A DNA stretch of 57,062 nucleotides, from contig JAAYRB010000015.1 in the NCBI GenBank assembly GCA_012519005.1, forward strand, positions 1 to 57,062, in the 5' to 3' direction. Shown piece after piece: positions 40,712 through 50,220 of this stretch. Each line of letters starts with the position of its first letter. Position 1 is the first letter of the stretch. This DNA is from Clostridia bacterium (GTDB lineage: Bacteria > Bacillota > DTU086). A program made the translations under genes and the position numbers. The notes under the pieces are model-generated. The model was not told the DNA's origin and made no database searches. It was given only the letters and a program-made list of their open reading frames with translations.

Positions 40712-41872
40712 CTACAACCTGTTCTCTTTGATCTTATTTAAAAGACCATGAATAATGTGTGACATCAGTTCCGCTGAGTATTCCGCTTCCTCTAAGCTGT
40801 TGTTAACATTACCCATTTCTAAAACTAGGGAATTGGGATGTAAATGCTGGTTATACCTTCCATCTTGCATCCGAACCCCTCGGCAGAGCCCAGGATAAAG
40901 TTCATCCATCATTGAGCACATACTGTCAGCGAATTCCTTATTCTTTTTCCAATTTGGGTGATCAAGTCTCTTATCACTGCCTATAATAATTAAAATCTGC
41001 GCTGCCTTTTTCCCATCAATATCTATGATGTTTTTCTCCTTCACGCCAGCATCTCTGTGAATGTCCAATAATATCTGTATGGATTTGTTTTCTGCTAACA
41101 TTTTTTTTGCGGTGTTTTTGGAGTTACTGTAAGATAAAGCCCACCTCGGATAGTCATGAATTTCCTTGCTGCGAACCACCGGGATGCCATACTTATTCTT
41201 TAAAGAATTTTCCAAGGTTTCAGCAACCTTTTCTACCCCACCGTTTTTACCCTCAACTTTTTTCACACCATCAGTGGGTAGATAAGTCTCAGCATTATGG
41301 GTATTATATATTCCTACTAAAGGGTTGTCCTCAGGCCAGGGGGTTAAAATTTCTTCCCCACCTGTCTTGACTTCTATATCTTCTTCGGGATCCAGAACTG
41401 TGTTACTTGTCTCTAATTGCTCATCATATTCCATATTTAGCTTAGGTGAAGTTTCCTCCAATGTACCTAAATCAAACCCTTTTATAAATCCCAGTTGAGA
41501 TTTAAGATATGTTTTTGGATCTTTAACATTGATTTCAGTTAAATTAAATACCGCTGCTTCCACCACATCTTTAGGGGAGAACATTCCATGCCCATCATCA
41601 ATCTGTGCAAGAAAAAAACCTTGGCGAAAAATGAACTTGATAAATTCCTCTGAATTTACACCAGCCTTTATCCTGTTTTTTAACTGATAATCATCGGCGT
41701 ACACGGGCTCCACGCCCCGTATATATCTGGAATTAATAAAGGAATAAAGTCCAATAACAGAAACTGAGAAAATAAACAGTGTAGTATATAGTAATAGTTT
41801 TTTTCTCTTAGGCCACAAACCCCTGACAAAAAATATTTTACGCATTTTAACACCATCCCGCCCTATGATCAA
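40712..41872 (-). CDS. spoIIP: Stage II sporulation protein P (SpoIIP, engulfment amidase)
   Basis: N-terminal TM plus a SpoIIP amidase core (VGIYNTHNAETY...LLDIHRDA...LVLEMG). The start is either TTG 41872 or ATG 41845. Confidence 0.9.
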   Translation of the reverse strand: MIIGRDGVKMRKIFFVRGLWPKRKKLLLYTTLFIFSVSVIGLYSFINSRYIRGVEPVYADDYQLKNRIKAGVNSEEFIKFIFRQGFFLAQIDDGHGMFSPKDVVEAAVFNLTEINVKDPKTYLKSQLGFIKGFDLGTLEETSPKLNMEYDEQLETSNTVLDPEEDIEVKTGGEEILTPWPEDNPLVGIYNTHNAETYLPTDGVKKVEGKNGGVEKVAETLENSLKNKYGIPVVRSKEIHDYPRWALSYSNSKNTAKKMLAENKSIQILLDIHRDAGVKEKNIIDIDGKKAAQILIIIGSDKRLDHPNWKKNKEFADSMCSMMDELYPGLCRGVRMQDGRYNQHLHPNSLVLEMGNVNNSLEEAEYSAELMSHIIHGLLNKIKENRL

Positions 41873-41952
41873 TAGAAATTCATCACCAACATCTTTAATG
41901 ATTCATTTTATTGATTGCTTTGGGTTATTATTACCCTGGCAGTGCAGTGCCT

Positions 41953-41997
41953 TAATAAAAATACGGCCTTCCTCCCCCAGGCGGGGCGGAAGGCCGT
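41953..41997 (-). terminator. Rho-independent terminator after the small 4-TM protein gene
   Basis: Minus strand ACGGCCTTCC / GGAAGGCCGT (10 bp), followed by ATTTTTATT. Confidence 0.8.
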
Positions 41998-42023
41998 CTC
42001 TAGGCTGTGTCTGACATAAATCT

Positions 42024-42356
42024 CTACCTTAGCTCGGTAGGAACAAAAGCATCAATGATACCAATTACAAGTGCGGCCAGAAGTGCACCAACAATGTTCA
42101 CTGACAAAAAACTTGGGACGATGAATTGGGCTAAATAAATTACAACCGCGGAGGTTATGAATCCCACAATACCCCTTCTTTGGGGTGATATTTTGTCTCC
42201 CAATAGAACCTCAACTACATAACCTAAAACAGCTATTACCACAGCCGCTAACAAAGCACCGGTAAAACCAGACACTGTTATACCGGGTAAAAGCCAAGAT
42301 ACCAACAGTAAAACAAGAGCAGAGACAACAAATCTTATCAAGGTACCCACTATCAC
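42024..42356 (-). CDS. Small four-TM membrane protein (DUF360 / phage-holin-4_2-like)
   Basis: Hydrophobic repeats with LLPGITVSGFTGALLAAVVIA, typical of that family. GTG 42356 lies 6 nt after GGGAGGTG. The TTG at 42386 in the track has no SD. Confidence 0.7.
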   Translation of the reverse strand: MIVGTLIRFVVSALVLLLVSWLLPGITVSGFTGALLAAVVIAVLGYVVEVLLGDKISPQRRGIVGFITSAVVIYLAQFIVPSFLSVNIVGALLAALVIGIIDAFVPTELR

Positions 42357-42427
42357 AGAAAACACCTCCCTATTGAATATCCTCAATATATATATTTACC
42401 CAATTAAAAATAAACAATACATATAGG

Positions 42428-42456
42428 TTGTGTTTTTTAGTCAATCATGGTAGAAT
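42428..42456 (+). promoter_or_regulatory. Sigma-A promoter of rpsT (extended -10)
   Basis: TTGTGT, a 17-nt spacer ending in TGG, then TAGAAT. Confidence 0.55.
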
Positions 42457-42523
42457 ATGCGTTGTGTTCATATCAAGATACAAAATTTACTAAGAAATAT
42501 TTGCAATAAACCAGTTCAAGGGG

Positions 42524-42802
42524 GTGAAAAAACTGCCAAATATTAAATCAGCAAAAAAGAGAGTGCTGACGTCCGAAAGAAGAAGATTAAGAAACAGGGC
42601 CTATAGATCCTCCATGAAAACCAGCATAAAAAGATTTGAGCAATCCCTTGAAACTGGGGACATTGAGGAAATCAAGTCAAAATTTTCAGAGGCTTACAGA
42701 TTGGTGGATAAAGCAGCCGCAAAAGGTGTGATCCACAAGAACACAGCAGCGAGACAGAAGTCTAGGATGAATAAAAAATTTAACAAAATTACGGCAAGTT
42801 AA
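42524..42802 (+). CDS. rpsT: 30S ribosomal protein S20
   Basis: PNIKSAKKRVLTSERRRLRNRAYRS is the canonical S20 N-terminus. The start is uncertain. GTG 42524 abuts the SD, whereas CTG 42533 is spaced 6 nt from GGGGGTG. Confidence 0.93.
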   Translation: MKKLPNIKSAKKRVLTSERRRLRNRAYRSSMKTSIKRFEQSLETGDIEEIKSKFSEAYRLVDKAAAKGVIHKNTAARQKSRMNKKFNKITAS

Positions 42803-42820
42803 AAACTGTAAAAACTTTCA

Positions 42821-42847
42821 AACCCTGCATAATGAGCAGGGTTTTTT
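42821..42847 (+). terminator. Rho-independent terminator of rpsT
   Basis: AACCCTGC-ataatga-GCAGGGTT, followed by TTTT. Confidence 0.85.
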
Positions 42848-42916
42848 GATTCCAAAAATAAACTCTAATTTTTTTTCAATCAAAACAAATACTATGGGGG
42901 AAAGGAGGGAAAATCC

Positions 42917-43144
42917 TTGTCCCCACAACAACGTCAAAAAAACAAAGAACAGGCACAGAAATATTCCCAGATAGCACGTGAAAATCCTGGCGGAGCAAAG
43001 ACCCAATCAGAGATACAAAGGGAACAGCAGCAGCAGCAGCCGCAGCAGCAGCAGTTTCAACAATCCCAGCAAACCCAACAAACCCAACAACCCCAGCAGC
43101 AGCAGTGGCAGCAGCCCAAACAGACGCAGCAGCCTCAACAATAA
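42917..43144 (+). CDS. Hypothetical glutamine-rich small protein (75 aa)
   Basis: TTG 42917 lies 7 nt after the consensus SD AAAGGAGGG. The product is MSPQQRQKNKEQAQKYSQIARENPGGAKTQSEIQREQQQQQPQQQQFQQSQQTQQTQQPQQQQWQQPKQTQQPQQ. No homolog is recognised. Confidence 0.5.
   Translation: MSPQQRQKNKEQAQKYSQIARENPGGAKTQSEIQREQQQQQPQQQQFQQSQQTQQTQQPQQQQWQQPKQTQQPQQ
43021..43140 (+). repeat. CAG/CAA trinucleotide-rich low-complexity tract
   Basis: Runs such as cagcagcagcagcagccgcagcagcagcag and caaacccaacaaacccaacaaccccagcagcagcag, read directly from the sequence. Confidence 0.9.
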
Positions 43145-43175
43145 GGATTGGATTCCCTAGGAAGTTATTTTCACA

Positions 43176-44240
43176 TCAGACCTGCCGTCCTTCCACGGCG
43201 GCAGGTTTCTTAACATCTAGACATAATGCTAATACTACCATTTCTAAAAGTAATTTCGGGGATATCATGGACGTCTTCAAGGATATATCCACTTCCAGCA
43301 GCCTTTGGAGTCCTTTTTGCAAAGCATCCTCTGTGAAGTTTTTGGATTGCCTTAATATTTTCCGAAAGACATAGGGGTGAATTTGGAGACTTGCCATAAC
43401 CCTTTTTTCAGAAAAGCCCTCCCCTAACAAACTTTTTGCCCTAAGCATAAGTCTGAGCTGTCTTGCCAGCATAAATAAAATATATACCGGTGCTTCTCCC
43501 TCGGAAAGCATCCCTTCTATCAACCCCATGGCTTCTGCCGGGTTTTTTTGACCCACCGCATCTACCAACGGGAAAATACCAGCAGTGGAGGATTTCCCAA
43601 TTATCTTCTCCAAAATCTCCGTAGATATCGCATCTTCATCAGTAAAAAGTAGAAGTTTTTGAATTTCATTTTCTATCATTGAAAGGTTACCACCGGTGTT
43701 GGTAACAAGATACTCCAGTGCATCCCCTGTCAAAAATCTACCGCTGGCCTCAAGACGGTCCTTTATCCATTTCTCCAATCTCATACCTTTAATCGAGGAA
43801 AGTTTAACCACTCCACCAATATCTTTCAGTCTTTTGTAGAGCCTCCTACGGCCATCGGCCTCATCTGCCATAAAAACAACACAGAACTTCTCGTTCGGAT
43901 CACTGATATACCCAAGCAGAACTTCCTCTTCATCTTTGGAGGCTGGCCTGCCCCTACCTGACCCAAAATACTTGTCCGCATTTTTTATTGTTAGCAGATA
44001 TTTTCCCCCGGACATGGGGATGGCATTGATATAAGAATATAGGGATACAGCATCAAGGTTCCCCGCATCCACTTCCTGGTGGTTCCACCCAGATAGATGC
44101 CCCTGGAACAACCGCTCCTTTAAAGCCCTTAAGACCTCCGAAAATAAAAATTTTTCTTTTCCATAAAAAAGATAGATAGGACCTGGCTTATCAGTCTTCA
44201 GGGATTTAATAAAATCATCATATGTCATGACTACACCCAT
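43176..44240 (-). CDS. holA: DNA polymerase III delta subunit HolA
   Basis: The N-terminal YLFYGKEKFL motif, size, and position after comEC match Bacillus yqeN. ATG 44240 lies 7 nt after TGGGGG. Confidence 0.88.
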   Translation of the reverse strand: MGVVMTYDDFIKSLKTDKPGPIYLFYGKEKFLFSEVLRALKERLFQGHLSGWNHQEVDAGNLDAVSLYSYINAIPMSGGKYLLTIKNADKYFGSGRGRPASKDEEEVLLGYISDPNEKFCVVFMADEADGRRRLYKRLKDIGGVVKLSSIKGMRLEKWIKDRLEASGRFLTGDALEYLVTNTGGNLSMIENEIQKLLLFTDEDAISTEILEKIIGKSSTAGIFPLVDAVGQKNPAEAMGLIEGMLSEGEAPVYILFMLARQLRLMLRAKSLLGEGFSEKRVMASLQIHPYVFRKILRQSKNFTEDALQKGLQRLLEVDISLKTSMISPKLLLEMVVLALCLDVKKPAAVEGRQV

Positions 44241-44255
44241 TTTTCAACCCCCAAA

Positions 44256-46616
44256 TTATTTTATGGTCCTGATTTTGCATTTATATCCATCGCTTTTAAT
44301 CATCACCGCGCCATGGCTGTCAGTACGATAAATAGGGATATTCCGTTCTTCCCAATACTGAATAATATCAGATGATGGGTGTCCAAAGCTATTACCTTCC
44401 CCAACGGAAATCACAACGGCCCCGGGGTTGACTCTGTTGTAGAAATCTTTATCCAATGAGTTTTTGCTGCCATGGTGGGGCAATTGCAGTATAGTGGAGG
44501 TTAAATCGTATGGGGCATCAAGCAATATGTCCATACCCACCCCCTCCAAGTCACCAGTTAATAGGAATGATACTTCCCTATATTTCAACTGCAGCACAAG
44601 AGAATCCTCGTTGGGATCCGTATATGCATGACCGGGTACTGGGTGAATTACTGATAGCTGGACCCCGGACCCAAGGTTTACCTTCGCCCCCTTGGATAAT
44701 TCCCTATGGGGAATATCTTTTTGCTCAACCATGCCAAGGAATTTCTCATATTTTTCCCGCCAGGTATCAGTTGGTGGTGTAATCACCATCCCAATGGAAG
44801 AAATATTTTCCGAAACATCAAATAACCCATCAATATGGTCGGTGTCAGGGTGAGTATTTATCAGTAAATCTATTTTTTTCACTCCTCTGCTCCGCAAAAA
44901 TGGCAGCACTAGATCCCTGCCCGGGCTAAAGCTCCCCGTGTAGTAGTCCGGCATTCCACCACCATCTATGAGCACCTTTTTTCCCGATGGCGATTGAATA
45001 AAAATTGCATCTCCTTGCCCAACATCTAAGAAGATAACCTCCAAATCTCCGCCCTTGGGCAAGAACAAAAGCAGTATTACCAGTAGCAAAACTACCAAGG
45101 AATGGTATCTGTACCTATAAAAATTAACTTTAAAATCCAGCATGTTCCCCCTTAACCAGATTTCCCCTATTGCTGCCAAAATAATATAATAAACCAAGCA
45201 AAATAGGATGGAGGGTGAAGGAACAAATTTGACGGAACCAGGTATTTTAGAGAAAAAAACGCCCGTGGAAATAAAAACGGACAACAATGCCCCCTGAAAT
45301 TGGATCAAGAGATCCGCAAGACCTGACCATAAAAAAAACAGAATGTAGACAAAAAAACCATTGATAACAACTGCACCCACAAGTCCAACGAAAAATATAT
45401 TGGCCGCCGCGGCGATGGGAGAAAAGGTGTTGAAATGATAAGCTATAATAGGGATAATCCCCAACTGCGCGGCAAAGGGGACGGTAAATATTTTCGAAAA
45501 GGGAAGGAAATGTAATATCTTATCCAGTATTGGCGTAAGATATAAAATAGCTATCACTGTTACAAAAGAGAGCTGGAACCCCGGCTCAAAAAGAGAGTAG
45601 GGACTCCAAATGAGGATTATCAAGGCAGCGAAGGATATCGCGGAATAGGGGTCATTCTCCCTACTTAAATGATATGCTAATAGGCCCAAAATGGCCATAA
45701 TAGAAGCCCTTACCACAGATACGGTAAAACCGGACAGGGCACAATAGTACAGCAGTCCACCGATGGATACCACAAGCCCCACGGGTGGCTTTACACGCAA
45801 AAGCCTAATAACAGCGGTTATTAATAGCAAGATAAAGCCAACGTGGAGGCCGGAAACAGCGAAGGCATGGGCTATACCTATATTGCTAAATAAATCCCTA
45901 TCCTCCCTTGAAATACCATCCTTGGAACCAAAAAGTACGGCTCCAAATAAACCCGCCTGTTCATCAGGTAACCTTGAAAAAATATATCTCCTAAAATCCC
46001 CTTTGGCCCTGAAGATTCCTGCCAGTATGGGGTTGCCCAGGCCGGAATCCAAAATTTCCAATTCTCCTCTTGAGTACAAAAAGGTGTTAATACCCCTATA
46101 TCTCAAATATTCCCGATAATCAAAATCCCCGGGGTTCCTTTTTCCATTGGGGGCTCTTACCTCCCCGATAATTGTAATTTTATCCCCATACTCAGGAAGT
46201 TGGGCACCCTCATTATAAAAGTAAACCCTCACCTTCTCCCTGTGCTTTAATTCAGAAGTGAGGGTACCTATAATCCTATTAACTTTCATATCCCACACAA
46301 ATCTGTCGTCTATGACCTGAATCTCAGAAACAATAACCCCCTGCAATTTCGCCCTTTCCCCAATATGGGATGTGAGCGGAGATGTCTCACTTGGTTCAGA
46401 AAGGGCATTCCATCCACCACCAGCCGTAATTGACAATAATAGTATGACACCCACAATGGGTTTTTGCCTTTTTAGGTGGTAGATGCCAATGGCAAGGAGA
46501 ATAAAGGAAAAAAAACAATATAGAATGGGACCTATATTTAATATCTTTTCAACTATGGCGCCTAGAACGAACCCTGAGGTAATGAATATGAGAGGCTTAT
46601 CCATTAAAATCACCAT
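44256..46616 (-). CDS. comEC: DNA internalization competence protein ComEC/Rec2
   Basis: An OB-like N-domain, a polytopic competence domain and a C-terminal metallo-beta-lactamase domain (NTHPDTDHIDG). Confidence 0.93.
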   Translation of the reverse strand: MVILMDKPLIFITSGFVLGAIVEKILNIGPILYCFFSFILLAIGIYHLKRQKPIVGVILLLSITAGGGWNALSEPSETSPLTSHIGERAKLQGVIVSEIQVIDDRFVWDMKVNRIIGTLTSELKHREKVRVYFYNEGAQLPEYGDKITIIGEVRAPNGKRNPGDFDYREYLRYRGINTFLYSRGELEILDSGLGNPILAGIFRAKGDFRRYIFSRLPDEQAGLFGAVLFGSKDGISREDRDLFSNIGIAHAFAVSGLHVGFILLLITAVIRLLRVKPPVGLVVSIGGLLYYCALSGFTVSVVRASIMAILGLLAYHLSRENDPYSAISFAALIILIWSPYSLFEPGFQLSFVTVIAILYLTPILDKILHFLPFSKIFTVPFAAQLGIIPIIAYHFNTFSPIAAAANIFFVGLVGAVVINGFFVYILFFLWSGLADLLIQFQGALLSVFISTGVFFSKIPGSVKFVPSPSILFCLVYYIILAAIGEIWLRGNMLDFKVNFYRYRYHSLVVLLLVILLLFLPKGGDLEVIFLDVGQGDAIFIQSPSGKKVLIDGGGMPDYYTGSFSPGRDLVLPFLRSRGVKKIDLLINTHPDTDHIDGLFDVSENISSIGMVITPPTDTWREKYEKFLGMVEQKDIPHRELSKGAKVNLGSGVQLSVIHPVPGHAYTDPNEDSLVLQLKYREVSFLLTGDLEGVGMDILLDAPYDLTSTILQLPHHGSKNSLDKDFYNRVNPGAVVISVGEGNSFGHPSSDIIQYWEERNIPIYRTDSHGAVMIKSDGYKCKIRTIK

Positions 46617-46687
46617 CTAGCAATATCCCAATCCGGTACGCTGCCAAATTTGGAGTCCAGCATGAAATTAACTATACCGTAACAGGA

Positions 46688-46987
46688 TTACAATTTATCC
46701 TCTACAGATCTCACCTTACCTTCGATGGATATCTCCTTGTCCCTTCGATCATCAAGCCTCACAATGGTCATAACCCTTTGAGCACCGGCGTCAAATGGAA
46801 CCTCATGGAGTCTCTTTATAGTATCAAAAATTTTGTCCAAATCCCCTTCTATAATCGTCCCCATAGCTGTCAACTGGAACTTTATTCCCTCTGTTTGTTG
46901 CAAAACCTTGTGACATTCCGCAACGTACTTACTCACGCTGGGTGAACCCGTACCCAAAGGTGCCACAGTTATCTCCGCCATGGCCAT
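46688..46987 (-). CDS. MTH1187/YkoF-family protein (DUF77, putative thiamine-binding)
   Basis: A 99-aa protein with the N-terminus EITVAPLGTGSPSVSKYVAE, typical of this family. ATG follows AAAGGGGGGAT. Confidence 0.75.
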   Translation of the reverse strand: MAMAEITVAPLGTGSPSVSKYVAECHKVLQQTEGIKFQLTAMGTIIEGDLDKIFDTIKRLHEVPFDAGAQRVMTIVRLDDRRDKEISIEGKVRSVEDKL

Positions 46988-47008
46988 TGATCCATCCCCC
47001 CTTTTACA

Positions 47009-47614
47009 TCAATGTACGGACACTAAATCCTTAAGTCCTTCAAACGTTTTTGGCCCAATACCTGACACTTCCTGAAGTTCCTCGATACTTGAGAAATAGC
47101 CATTGGTTTCGCGGTAATCTATGATTCTTTTGGAGTAAGCTGGACCGATACCCGGAAGCGCCTCCAGCTCCTTTGCAGTAGCCGTATTTATATTAACCAA
47201 CCCGCTGTTTCCCCCGGGGCCGCCGGGGTGGGGGTCCCCATTCTCCCGAGCACCCCCCTGGCCACCAAATAAATCTCTTTCCGGAACATGTATTCTTTCC
47301 TCATCCTTGATAATTGCAGCTAAGTTTAGTTTTTCCAAATCCGCCTCAGGCTGGGGAATAGCGGCAGTAACAGCATCGTTTAGCCTTGTGCCGGGAGGAA
47401 AACTGTGAAGCCCCGATTTTTCCACAGCCCCCGTTATATGAACATAGACTCTGCCCGCATCCTCTTTAGTCTCACTATTAACCCCACTATCCACGATGGT
47501 AATCTCATTATCATCAATGTTCTGCCTACCTGCATATTTAGCACCGGCACCAAAAACTAATGCGGCAAGCAGAACCATCAGTACAATTTGGGTACGTCTA
47601 TCCCATTCGAACAC
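47009..47614 (-). CDS. comEA: Competence protein ComEA (DNA receptor)
   Basis: N-terminal TM, an SLBB-like middle region, and C-terminal helix-hairpin-helix repeats (INTATAKELEALPGIGPAYSKRII...ELQEVSGIGPKTFE). GTG lies 8 nt after GGAGGA. Confidence 0.92.
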   Translation of the reverse strand: MFEWDRRTQIVLMVLLAALVFGAGAKYAGRQNIDDNEITIVDSGVNSETKEDAGRVYVHITGAVEKSGLHSFPPGTRLNDAVTAAIPQPEADLEKLNLAAIIKDEERIHVPERDLFGGQGGARENGDPHPGGPGGNSGLVNINTATAKELEALPGIGPAYSKRIIDYRETNGYFSSIEELQEVSGIGPKTFEGLKDLVSVH

Positions 47615-47723
47615 AAAATTAATCCTCCATTTTTCTCCTTACCCAAATAATACGACATTTTTCCATTTATTCCTGCTTATAGGGGTTGTTTGCATCGATC
47701 CTTTACAGCAAATAAACAGATCC

Positions 47724-50204
47724 TTATTTCGCAACAATGTTGATCAGCCTTCCCGGGATGACAATGGTCCTAACAATCTCCTTATTGTTTAGATATTTAG
47801 AAACCCTTTCCCGGGATAGGGCTTTATCTTTAATTTCCTCCTCGGAGGTGTCAACAGAAACGTTCATCCGATCCCTCAATCTTCCGTTTACTTGGATAAC
47901 CATGGTCACATCATCAACCTTCAATGCCGCGGAATCATATTTTGGCCAGGCCTGTCCATGGACACTGGGCGCATTACCTATCCTTTCCCAAAGATCTTCG
48001 GCTATATGGGGTGTAAAAGGTGCAAGCAGTACAACTAAATTGGATACAGCCTCCTTGATTAACTGTAAATTTTGCTTGTTTCTGGGCTGTTGATCACAGT
48101 AACCCTGTATGGCATTATAAAATTCCATAATGGCACTGATTGCAGTATTGTAGTGAAACCTTTCACCGATGTCTTCCGTGACCCTTTTGATGGTATTATG
48201 CATCACTCGATTCAGGTCTTTTTCCCTTTCATCTTTTACACGATAAGCCTCGGGGGTCAAGCCCTTGATACTTCCTTCATAGGTGCTTACCAACCTCCAC
48301 ACCCTGTTGAGGAAACGATAACACCCCTCAACGGCCTCATCGTTCCACTCTAAATCCCTTTCCGGGGGTGCGGCGAACAAAATGAACAATCTGGCAGTAT
48401 CCGCCCCATATTCATTTACAATTTCCTTAGGGTCAACAGTATTACCCTTGGATTTAGACATTTTCGCCCCATCCTTGAGGACCATTCCCTGTGTCAATAG
48501 ATTTTCAAAGGGTTCCTCCGCCGAAATCATACCCATATCTTTTAATGCCATGGTAAAAAAGCGCGCATACATAAGGTGTAGGATTGCATGCTCCACTCCC
48601 CCAATGTATTGATCTACATTCATCCAATATCTTTCCTTGTTCTTATCAACAACATGATTTTTCTCTTGGGGGCTGGTATATCTTAAAAAATACCAAGAGG
48701 AATCAACAAATGTATCCATGGTATCCGTTTCTCTGGTTGCCATCCCCTTACATTCAGGGCAGGCGGCATTTAAAAATTGATCATGATATTTAAGTGGAGA
48801 CTCTCCGGTGGGTTTGAATTCCACATCCTTTGGCAAATACACAGGAAGATCCTCTTCCTGCACGGGAACAATACCGCATTTTTCGCAATATAAAATGGGA
48901 ATAGGGGTTCCCCAATACCGCTGCCTAGAAATAAGCCAATCCCTTAAACGAAAATTGATTTGCCTTTCCCCAAGCCCTTTCTCCTCAATATACTCTGTGA
49001 TTTTTTCCCTAGCCTCCGGTGTTGGAAGTCCACTGATAAAACCAGAATTCACAGAAATACCGTCATCAGCGAAGGCTTCAATTGTCGATTCATTGTCATC
49101 ATTTTTTTCCGTGGGGTTAACAACAATTTTTACGGGGAGATTGTACTTTTGGGCAAATTCTAAATCCCGCTGGTCATGACCGGGGACAGCCATTACAGCA
49201 CCCGTGCCATAATCCATAAGCACATAATTGGCTATCCAGATGGGAACCTCATCCCCATTTATGGGATTCTCGGCATATGCACCGATGAACATCCCTTCTT
49301 TCTCATGCTCCTCGGAAGTCCTTTGAATGTTGTCCATACCTCTGGTTTCACTAATAAACTCCTTAACAGGATTCTCATATTTTGTACCCCGGGTCAATTT
49401 ATCCACTAGGGGGTGTTCCGGGGCCAACACCATATAGGTAACACCGTACAGGGTATCCGCCCGGGTGGTGAAAACCGGGACCGTCTCCCCACCCTCCAAA
49501 GGAAAATGGATCAATACCCCTTCACTACGACCTATCCAGTTATTCTGCATAATTTTAACCTTTTCCGGCCAGCCCGGCAGATCATCAAGACCATCTAAGA
49601 GCCTGTCAGCGTATCTCGTTATCCTAAAATACCATTGTTCTAAATTTCTGTCATGAACGGTGGTGCCGCAGCGTTCGCACTGCTCATCTACCACCTGCTC
49701 ATTGGCAAGAACGGTGCTGCATGATGGGCACCAATTTACGGAGGATTCAGCCTTATAAACAAGGTCATGCTTATAGAATTGCAGGAAAAGCCACTGGGTC
49801 CATTTATAATAATCCGGGTCGCAGGTGGAGATTTCACGATCCCAATCATAACTAAATCCAAGAATCTTTAGCTGTTCTACCATTTCCATGATATTCTCCT
49901 GCGTCCACTTGCTAGGGGGGATTCCATGCTGTATAGCAGCATTTTCTGCAGGTAGTCCAAAGGCATCCCAGCCCATTGGATGTAAAACATTGAAGCCGTT
50001 CATTGTCTTAAACCTAGCAAGTACATCCCCTATGGAATAATTCCTAACATGGCCCATATGAAGATTACCCGAGGGGTATGGAAACATCTCAAGGGCATAG
50101 TATTTGGGCTTGCCTGGTTCCTCCTTTACATTGTACAACCCCTCTCTTTCCCAATATTCCTGCCATTTCGCTTCAATCGCTTTAAAATCATATCTGTCCG
50201 TCAT
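47724..50204 (-). CDS. leuS: Leucine--tRNA ligase
   Basis: HIGH motif (NLHMGHVRNY), KMSKS (GAKMSKSKG) and a CP1 editing domain. ATG 50204 lies 7 nt after AAGGAGG. The track start at GTG 50207 is only 4 nt from the SD. Confidence 0.97.
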   Translation of the reverse strand: MTDRYDFKAIEAKWQEYWEREGLYNVKEEPGKPKYYALEMFPYPSGNLHMGHVRNYSIGDVLARFKTMNGFNVLHPMGWDAFGLPAENAAIQHGIPPSKWTQENIMEMVEQLKILGFSYDWDREISTCDPDYYKWTQWLFLQFYKHDLVYKAESSVNWCPSCSTVLANEQVVDEQCERCGTTVHDRNLEQWYFRITRYADRLLDGLDDLPGWPEKVKIMQNNWIGRSEGVLIHFPLEGGETVPVFTTRADTLYGVTYMVLAPEHPLVDKLTRGTKYENPVKEFISETRGMDNIQRTSEEHEKEGMFIGAYAENPINGDEVPIWIANYVLMDYGTGAVMAVPGHDQRDLEFAQKYNLPVKIVVNPTEKNDDNESTIEAFADDGISVNSGFISGLPTPEAREKITEYIEEKGLGERQINFRLRDWLISRQRYWGTPIPILYCEKCGIVPVQEEDLPVYLPKDVEFKPTGESPLKYHDQFLNAACPECKGMATRETDTMDTFVDSSWYFLRYTSPQEKNHVVDKNKERYWMNVDQYIGGVEHAILHLMYARFFTMALKDMGMISAEEPFENLLTQGMVLKDGAKMSKSKGNTVDPKEIVNEYGADTARLFILFAAPPERDLEWNDEAVEGCYRFLNRVWRLVSTYEGSIKGLTPEAYRVKDEREKDLNRVMHNTIKRVTEDIGERFHYNTAISAIMEFYNAIQGYCDQQPRNKQNLQLIKEAVSNLVVLLAPFTPHIAEDLWERIGNAPSVHGQAWPKYDSAALKVDDVTMVIQVNGRLRDRMNVSVDTSEEEIKDKALSRERVSKYLNNKEIVRTIVIPGRLINIVAK

Positions 50205-50220
50205 CACATAACCTCCTTAA

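Noticed and set aside
42848-42916. A forespore (sigma-F/G) or sigma-K promoter upstream of the Gln-rich ORF.
   Set aside because: AATACTA at 42888-42894 partly matches a sigma-G -10, but no GnATA-type -35 lies at 17-18 nt. The evidence is insufficient to call a promoter.
42978-43160. A Ser-rich 60-aa alternative frame over the CAG/CAA tract, together with the 62-aa minus-strand ORF at 42818-43006.
   Set aside because: These are frame-shifted or antisense readings of the same repeat. Neither has an SD, and the minus-strand ORF runs through the rpsT terminator.
43145-43175. A terminator between the convergent Gln-rich ORF and holA.
   Set aside because: The 31-nt gap contains no convincing stem-loop or U-tract.
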